From assembly GCA_964405665.1 (NCBI GenBank), contig CAYOOT010000003.1:6060-70059 (forward strand): a DNA stretch of 64,000 bases. Reading direction: 5' to 3'. The position numbers and the translations under genes are program-made. The notes under the pieces are model-generated. The model was not told the origin of the DNA and ran no database searches. It was given only the letters and a program-made list of their open reading frames with translations. Every line of letters starts with the position of its first letter. Position 1 is the stretch's first letter. Below, one piece after another: positions 57,684 through 64,000 of this stretch. The DNA comes from an uncultured Bdellovibrionales bacterium. GTDB taxonomy: Bacteria; Bdellovibrionota_C; UBA2361; SZUA-149; CAZDWZ01.

Positions 57684-60586
57684 AAATATATTTTAAATAT
57701 ATTTTAATATTAATTTTGATGCTGCTCCTTAGCGTTAGCATTGTGTACGCTCAGGATGCACCTTCAACTGATGCCACCACATCTGCCGGAGCCTCTACTG
57801 GCACATTAGTTGGTGCTGCCCTGGAAACTGCCGGTTATTTTGCTCAAGCAAAAATTCTTGCAGAACTAAAACAAGTCATTGATAAGTTAGGAGCACTTAT
57901 TTACTTACTCTGCATTATTGGCGGAATTGTCTCTGTTGCTCTTTTAGGAAATCCAGGAAATGCCTTATGGTTACTGCTTGGTCCGCCAATGTTTTTTTTC
58001 ATGATCAACATCAAAGTGAATGCCAACGGTGCTGAGTGGCGTTTAGGGGCATTTGAAGATCATCGAGATCTTCAGAAAACTCTTGCCGGGGTGGAAATAG
58101 ACGGCAGAACTGGTGAAAGCGTTTCCTGGTTTTTTCACCATTATAATGTTCTGATTTCAGACACCATGCAACAGCTGATCAGTTTTGTAACAAAAAAAGA
58201 TTTGCGACACCAAATGAAATTCATGGCTCGGCAACAAATTGTTGATGATATGTTTGCTGCAGAAATTGATTCTTCAGAAGTTCTGCAATTGGCACATTTG
58301 TCTCTTGCTCAATGCATGAATGAAATGGATGCAGCTCGAAGAATTGGATTAGGAATGAGAGACCCCCATTATAAAAGATCTGCCGGTTTTACGGAAGCTG
58401 TCACTTATTACTGTAATAATTATACTAAAAAAAATAAATATATCCCTCAAGACTCAGCCGCTTTTGATCTGATTAGACAAATAGAATTTAAAAAGGGAAA
58501 TAGCTCAGCTTTTGAACAAGGTTTTAATCCCAATCCTGCTACTTGTGAAACTATTTGGAATTGGTTGTATGAGAGTGTAAAAGATATTTCTAAAGATGAT
58601 TTTGAAAATTCCATTGCCATGAGAGTAAACTCGGAAGCAGATATTAGATTTTTAGAAGAGATAAAATTAGAAATAGCGGAGAAACTAACTCAGTCAGCTC
58701 CAGATCCGGAGCGGGATTTTCATGAACAAAGTGATCTTGCAGAGAATTTTACTTGTCCTGGCAGTAATGCCCCACAGACAATCAGCAGAAATGAACTTGT
58801 TCCTCTAATTTTTGCAGGTCACCTGATAAAAAAAGTCTACTCCAAAGATCCCCGCGGTCAAATGACACAGCAACTATATGACCGAGCTGGCGTTCAACTT
58901 GCCACTACAGGCAATGATAAATTTCTCTATAGCAATGCCCAATGGAATCAAGAAGTAGTAAGACGATTTAGAATAGAGGAGTCTGCAGAAGCTGCTAAAT
59001 ATGAAGGTTTTATCATCGCTATGATGCTGCCTTATGTTCAAGGTGCCGGACTTTATGTTCTGGCCGTTACATTTCCTTTCTTTGCTTTATTATTAATAAT
59101 CCCCGGAAAAGCAAATGGCTTCTTTATGTGGTGCGCTCTTTGGGCCTGGTTAAAAAGCTGGGATGTTGGTTGGGCTTTAGTCATGGTTGCTGATGAACTT
59201 TTATGGGTAATGATGCCCCATAGTGGTTTCTTCCGTTTAGCCAAAGGTTTTACTGGTGGAGCAAATGCCGGTGTATATAGCGATCCGGTGAATGTTTTAG
59301 AAGCAGCATTTGGTGGAGACTATGCTTATAACTTATCCACTTATTATATGCTTCTTGGAACAATGATTACTGCTGTGCCGATGCTTAGTGCTCAGGCAGT
59401 TCTTGGTTCAAAAAGGGCTGTCGCAGGAATTTTTGTCGATGGTCTAAAAACAATTGGTCAGGCTTTTGGAACTAAAGTCACCGATTGGATTGCTGTTGAA
59501 CAATTAGGTGAAATCGATAAGAGAAGAGAACTCTCTGCTGCCCGCACTGCTTCTAAACAAATGAATAAAGACTGGGAGAGCCTTAGTGCTGCTAGAAGAG
59601 GCAACCAAGCATCTTCAGGGACACTTCCCGGTGTGAATATGCAAAAAGCAGTTCAAAATTTTAGTGCATATGCCAAAAATACTCAAATGGCCAATAGCTC
59701 CGATCAATTAGCCAGCAACAAAGGTTTTGTAGATAGTCTTAGAAAAAAAGCGGGATCTGATCCAGATGTTGCAAAAATGTTTGCAGACGGGAAACTTACA
59801 GGAGAAGAACTGAGAGATCATTTCTTAAATGCCGCGCATGGAAATCTTCAAAATATTAATGATAGCATTGACTTTAAACAATTCAAGACTTCAATAATGA
59901 GTCCAGATTCTACGCATGCCGGAGCAAAATATCTTAGAGAAACTTTTGGTGCCGAATTAGGAAAAGTCGACAGCTTTGAGGGTCTGGCAAAAATATTTAG
60001 TTCTGCAAAAGGCAAACTTGAGGCAGAAGGACAGCGTCTTGATGATTTACTAAGTAAAAGTATTGAAGCCAATACTGCTTTTTTAACTGTAAAAGGAGGT
60101 CAAGATTTCGGACAGCCAACTAGAGAATTAGAAGCTCATCGTCGACAAATTGAAGTGATGAGGGAGCAGGCAGAAATCAGAAGAGGAATCGGGGAATTGG
60201 GAATTTTGGCTGGAATAGTTACTGCTCCAGCGAATTTAATTACTCTTGGTGCTCCGATCAATAATTCGCTAATGACTTTTGGAACATCGATGCAAGCAAG
60301 CAGTGTGTTGATGGAACGAAAGGTAAGTGAAATGTCGATCCAACATCTAGCGGCATCGGCTTCTTATGCTTATTACCAAGCCTCAAAAAGTGATGAATAT
60401 AATTTCTATGAAAACGTTAGAGCGGGAATAACCCATCGAGCAGAACACTGGGGCGTTCCATTTTCTCCATATCAAACAATGGTTAAGTTAGATTTTGCTT
60501 GGCAGTCCGCTCAATCAGAATCTGCAAAATATAGCGCACAGATTTTTTCAAAAATCGGTGTAGCCGCCAAAGAGGCTTTGCCATAA
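57680..60586 (+). CDS. TraG_N/VirB6-like polytopic membrane protein, paralog 2
   Basis: GAALETAGY.AQA.IL, LLGPP.FFF, WRLG, TCETIW, PYVQG..LYVL...FPF..LL...PG, W.WLKSWD.G; ATGA overlap with paralog 1. Confidence 0.7.
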   Translation: MKIYFKYILILILMLLLSVSIVYAQDAPSTDATTSAGASTGTLVGAALETAGYFAQAKILAELKQVIDKLGALIYLLCIIGGIVSVALLGNPGNALWLLLGPPMFFFMINIKVNANGAEWRLGAFEDHRDLQKTLAGVEIDGRTGESVSWFFHHYNVLISDTMQQLISFVTKKDLRHQMKFMARQQIVDDMFAAEIDSSEVLQLAHLSLAQCMNEMDAARRIGLGMRDPHYKRSAGFTEAVTYYCNNYTKKNKYIPQDSAAFDLIRQIEFKKGNSSAFEQGFNPNPATCETIWNWLYESVKDISKDDFENSIAMRVNSEADIRFLEEIKLEIAEKLTQSAPDPERDFHEQSDLAENFTCPGSNAPQTISRNELVPLIFAGHLIKKVYSKDPRGQMTQQLYDRAGVQLATTGNDKFLYSNAQWNQEVVRRFRIEESAEAAKYEGFIIAMMLPYVQGAGLYVLAVTFPFFALLLIIPGKANGFFMWCALWAWLKSWDVGWALVMVADELLWVMMPHSGFFRLAKGFTGGANAGVYSDPVNVLEAAFGGDYAYNLSTYYMLLGTMITAVPMLSAQAVLGSKRAVAGIFVDGLKTIGQAFGTKVTDWIAVEQLGEIDKRRELSAARTASKQMNKDWESLSAARRGNQASSGTLPGVNMQKAVQNFSAYAKNTQMANSSDQLASNKGFVDSLRKKAGSDPDVAKMFADGKLTGEELRDHFLNAAHGNLQNINDSIDFKQFKTSIMSPDSTHAGAKYLRETFGAELGKVDSFEGLAKIFSSAKGKLEAEGQRLDDLLSKSIEANTAFLTVKGGQDFGQPTRELEAHRRQIEVMREQAEIRRGIGELGILAGIVTAPANLITLGAPINNSLMTFGTSMQASSVLMERKVSEMSIQHLAASASYAYYQASKSDEYNFYENVRAGITHRAEHWGVPFSPYQTMVKLDFAWQSAQSESAKYSAQIFSKIGVAAKEALP

Positions 60587-60589
60587 GCG

Positions 60590-62752
60590 ATGAATAATTT
60601 TAATTTTAACATTTTTAATTCCTTAATTTTAACTGCCCAAGCAGCTGGTGTTGGTGCAGATTTTGGGGGAGATGGTGTAATCGGATCTGTCAGTCATTTA
60701 ATTTCTGCATTGATGCAAACAGTGGGACTTTATTTGCAGGCAGAAATATTAAAAAACTTTTCTCCTTATTTAATTAAATTAGCAGGTCTTTGCTATATCT
60801 GTTCTGTGATATCAGCAATAATTTCGACGGCAATTTTTGGAAGTTATCGTAAGGCAGTATATTTTTTATTGGGACCAACTTTCTTTTATTTCATTATTGA
60901 AACAAAAGCTCCTGTTTCCGGAACGCAATTTAGAATGGGCAAACAAATTCGCGGCTCGATTGAAGATCAAAAGGAAATGATTAAGAGATATGGTATGGGC
61001 AGAGATTTAAATGAAGATGCCCAGGTATCTTTTGCTTTTTTAGCTTTTGACAATGTCATTAGTTCGATAGTGCAGGATGTTACCGATCTGCTTGTCGATA
61101 CTGCAGCAAAAGAGGATATTCTGATTAGGGCAAGAGAAAGAGTATATTCCTGGGTGATGGCCGCTTATCCGGCTTCCCCTGGTTTTATTAAATTAGTCAG
61201 CCTCGGTTATACAGGATATTGCGCTGAACTAATGTCCAAAGTCGATCAGATTAGAAAACATAAATTGGATCCGACAAAGTCAAACTTAACGGACAGCAAT
61301 TTGGATGAAACGGGTAAAAAATTAAAACAAGAATATAATACTCTTAAAAAAGAAAAAAGAATTAATATAATAAATCAAAGTGAGGTTACCAGTTATTTAA
61401 ATTTTACCACACCTGAACAAAGCCTCTTAAGCTGCGAAGAAATTTGGAACCATGCTCGCCAAGCAGCAATTAATGTGGCAACAAATGAATTAGAAAAGAA
61501 AACATTTAATCTTTCCGGAGTAGAAGATCCCGATCAATCAACAGAGCTGATGATGACTGAAGTGAAAAATGCACTTTCAGGAGATGCTGCGCAATCCCGA
61601 CTACATTCCAGACCAGAAGAGATTCTTGCTGCCTATATCATCAGATCGACTTTAAAAAAGACGCCTCATAGTGCAATGGTCTCTGGTATCTATGATAAAA
61701 TACCATTTAATGCTGCAAGGCACGATGTCTTATTAAAAGATATTGCTAATGCACAAAGTTACGGTGCTTATTCCAGAATTCAATATTTTGCCGGAGCAAT
61801 TCCTTATATCCAAGGTTTACTATTGTTATTATTGACAGCGGCATTTCCGTTTTTTGCAGTATTATTAGTCATGCCTAATCGTTCAATGTCGTTTATGATT
61901 TGGGGTTCGCTCTGGGTCTGGGTAAAATCCTGGGATATTGGCTTTGCGATGATCCTTGTGATCAAAAAAATAATGTGGCAATTTATTTCTCACTCAATAA
62001 ATGCTTATAGCTCCGTTGTAGATTGGAATAGACCGGAAACGATTTTTGAATTAATAGCTAAAAATGATCCTCTGGCCTCCTTGAATACTTATTTACAAAT
62101 TACAGCACTACTAACTTGCAGTATTCCACTTTTAACTGCCCATTTTTGTCTTGGTGCAACTAATCTTTTTGGTGCTTTCAAAATGAGCATTGATGATTCT
62201 GCACAAAAATTTGGCAATAAACGTGCCGGTATTGAAATGCGGCTTGCAGCATCCAGAGCTGAACATAGCCAATGGCTGGCAATGGAAAAATATGGAAAAG
62301 CTTCTTATGATAGAACATTGGATGATATTAAAACAACTGATCCTGCAGAAAGATTAAAAAAAGGTTATGGAGCACCACTTACAACGAAAGACGGACAGCT
62401 GCTTAGTGCAAGAGGAGATGATTCTGGACATACAGCAGCACTCATTGCTTATCAAAAAGGAAAATTTGATTATCACTTATCCAAAGAAGGTACAAGAAAC
62501 GCTGCCTACTTGTCGGCACTAACTGGCCGGGAAACTCACAATGCTTATATGCGACAAGCTAGAGGGGGAACTGTTCCGCTCTCAGCAGAGTATGGTCATT
62601 TATCACAAACATTTTTAGGAAATAATGTGGGAGCCGGTGGAGTAAACTTCTTTGGTGGTCCCAATTCCACAGATTATGGTTATAACAATTTCTTCATGGA
62701 TATGAGTACATTTGGTGAATCTGTGTTTAGAGGAAGTCCAGATGGTGGTTAG
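60590..62752 (+). CDS. TraG_N/VirB6-like polytopic membrane protein, paralog 3
   Basis: ALMQTVGLY.QA.IL, FGSYR.A.YFLLGP, SCEEIW, PYIQGLLL...FPF..LL.MP, WVWVKSWD.G; shorter tail. Confidence 0.7.
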   Translation: MNNFNFNIFNSLILTAQAAGVGADFGGDGVIGSVSHLISALMQTVGLYLQAEILKNFSPYLIKLAGLCYICSVISAIISTAIFGSYRKAVYFLLGPTFFYFIIETKAPVSGTQFRMGKQIRGSIEDQKEMIKRYGMGRDLNEDAQVSFAFLAFDNVISSIVQDVTDLLVDTAAKEDILIRARERVYSWVMAAYPASPGFIKLVSLGYTGYCAELMSKVDQIRKHKLDPTKSNLTDSNLDETGKKLKQEYNTLKKEKRINIINQSEVTSYLNFTTPEQSLLSCEEIWNHARQAAINVATNELEKKTFNLSGVEDPDQSTELMMTEVKNALSGDAAQSRLHSRPEEILAAYIIRSTLKKTPHSAMVSGIYDKIPFNAARHDVLLKDIANAQSYGAYSRIQYFAGAIPYIQGLLLLLLTAAFPFFAVLLVMPNRSMSFMIWGSLWVWVKSWDIGFAMILVIKKIMWQFISHSINAYSSVVDWNRPETIFELIAKNDPLASLNTYLQITALLTCSIPLLTAHFCLGATNLFGAFKMSIDDSAQKFGNKRAGIEMRLAASRAEHSQWLAMEKYGKASYDRTLDDIKTTDPAERLKKGYGAPLTTKDGQLLSARGDDSGHTAALIAYQKGKFDYHLSKEGTRNAAYLSALTGRETHNAYMRQARGGTVPLSAEYGHLSQTFLGNNVGAGGVNFFGGPNSTDYGYNNFFMDMSTFGESVFRGSPDGG

Positions 62753-62879
62753 TTTTTTTTTAAACATAGTATGATTTCAATAGGTTATGCTTTTGAGAAA
62801 TATTGATTAATAAAAAAAGGAGCAATTCTAAGATCTTAACGGATAAGTAAGAGCTAAGATCTAAAAAGGATTAACAAAA

Positions 62880-64000
62880 GTGCTAAGCGAAATTTTAAAT
62901 AGTCTCGTTAGAATTGCTGGCTTAATTGGGGCTGGGTTGGAAACAACTGGTCTTCATGCTCAATCACATATTCTAAATGGTAGCGGTAGCGTAGGTAGCC
63001 TGATTGGTGCAGCACTTGAGACTGCCGGTTATCAAACTCAATCACAAATTCTAAATACTTTTGAGCTTACTTTATCTTCACACATCGGAGGCTTACTCTA
63101 TCTACTGGCAATTATTGCTGCCTTAATCACAATTTCTATTGGAGGAAGTTATCGTTACGGCTTATGGTTATTAGTCGGGCCTCCACTGTTTTTTTTCTTA
63201 ACCCAAGTTCGTGAACCAATTGCTGAAGCCAATTGGCAAATAGGAGATAACGTTCACGCAGAATCAAAACCAAGAATTATTCAAGGATCTGCAGAAATCG
63301 GTGATCCGGAAAGAAGAGTATCGGTTTTTTTTAAAGCCTGGAATAGATTGACCACTGATATTATCCAGGAACTAATTAGATTATTACACCTCACAGAAAA
63401 AGGAAGTGATTTAGATTTCTTAAATAAAACAGATCTCTATCTGGGAATATGGAATAACCTGACCATCGATCCTTCTTTAAAAGGTTTTGTAAATCTGGCA
63501 TTGGTTAACAAATGTGCTCCGTATTTTTATTTACAAAGAGAAGTAAATAGTCCTTTTGTGCCAGACAGCTTAAAACCAGGATTACGCCGGCGCTTGGAAG
63601 AACATAACGGTAAAAATGTTCAAGTAAATATGAATGACCAAAAAGATTGGTTTAAGGATTTTCTTGTTACTTATTTACCGGAAGAAAATATCAAAGATTT
63701 ATATACCTGTAATGAACTTTGGACCTTAGCAGTCAAGGCTTTTAGAAAAGAGGCAAAAAGAAATTTTGAATTAATGTTAAAATCCAATCTTTCACCGGGA
63801 TTAAGACCAGAGCAGCGCCTAGAAAAGTTCATGTGGAAATGCAGTCAAATAAAAATTAACGCCGGTGCAATAAATCTCATTACAGATTTAATAAACGGCA
63901 CAGATCAAATCAATGAACAGTGTTTAAGCGTCCTAATCAATGAAATCGCCGCCCGAGCTTTATCCAACGAATTTGCCAGTACTAATAAAAATCTTATTGG
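62880..64000 (+). CDS. TraG_N/VirB6-like membrane protein, paralog 4 (3' partial; not in the ORF track)
   Basis: GTG start after AAGGA. Hand translation gives MLSEILNSLVRIAGLIGAGLETTG...LIGAALETAGYQTQSQIL...GGSYRYGLWLLVGPPLFFF...WQIG...VSVFF...KC...TCNELW, and the frame appears to run to the window end. Confidence 0.75.
   Translation, partial: MLSEILNSLVRIAGLIGAGLETTGLHAQSHILNGSGSVGSLIGAALETAGYQTQSQILNTFELTLSSHIGGLLYLLAIIAALITISIGGSYRYGLWLLVGPPLFFFLTQVREPIAEANWQIGDNVHAESKPRIIQGSAEIGDPERRVSVFFKAWNRLTTDIIQELIRLLHLTEKGSDLDFLNKTDLYLGIWNNLTIDPSLKGFVNLALVNKCAPYFYLQREVNSPFVPDSLKPGLRRRLEEHNGKNVQVNMNDQKDWFKDFLVTYLPEENIKDLYTCNELWTLAVKAFRKEAKRNFELMLKSNLSPGLRPEQRLEKFMWKCSQIKINAGAINLITDLINGTDQINEQCLSVLINEIAARALSNEFASTNKNLI

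Noticed and set aside
625-60072. Many short ORFs in the track that overlap long genes on the opposite strand or in another frame (for example 625-936, 1605-2072, 20910-21311, 52502-52885)
   Set aside because: They are shadows of well-supported genes, with no recognisable motifs or RBS.
1-64000. CRISPR array
   Set aside because: The repeats are dispersed palindromes rather than regularly spaced direct repeats with unique spacers, and no cas genes are present.
50530-64000. Calling the tra-like cluster an ICE or integrated plasmid
   Set aside because: No integrase, relaxase, coupling protein, tRNA or att boundary, or evident compositional shift in the window. It cannot be excluded beyond the right edge.

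Overview
AT-rich bacterial chromosome segment. Gene order and protein style suggest a delta-proteobacteria-like (Bdellovibrionota/Myxococcota-type) organism, but this is an inference. Contents in order: (1) 1-9.7 kb, a flagellar operon fliF(5' partial)-fliG-fliH-fliI-fliJ-motE-like-fliK-flgD-flgE with a sigma54-type site before fliK; (2) an orphan outer-membrane beta-barrel, an FlhB-C-like gene, ahcY and dprA; (3) a ~5.4 kb accessory islet between tRNA-His and tRNA-Leu (GIY-YIG nuclease, membrane proteins, haem-binding protein, a truncated gene, two duplicated non-coding units, an orphan histidine kinase); (4) tig-clpP-clpX-lon; (5) an HD phosphohydrolase next to a RibBA-like protein that has lost the catalytic motifs of both domains; (6) polA, an ECF sigma/anti-sigma pair, rplM-rpsI, dedA and a nadD-like/transglutaminase/TPR/MoxR operon; (7) from 50.9 kb to the window end, the most striking region: a TraF-like thioredoxin, a putative very divergent TraH-like protein and at least four tandem, highly diverged TraG_N/VirB6-like paralogs, with no mobility genes visible in the window. 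This looks like a domesticated F-type T4SS module with an expanded TraG array. Intergenic DNA carries several families of REP/REPIN-like palindromes, including nested copies and one pair whose internal spacer is inverted. All family assignments come from motif recognition by eye; no database searches were run.
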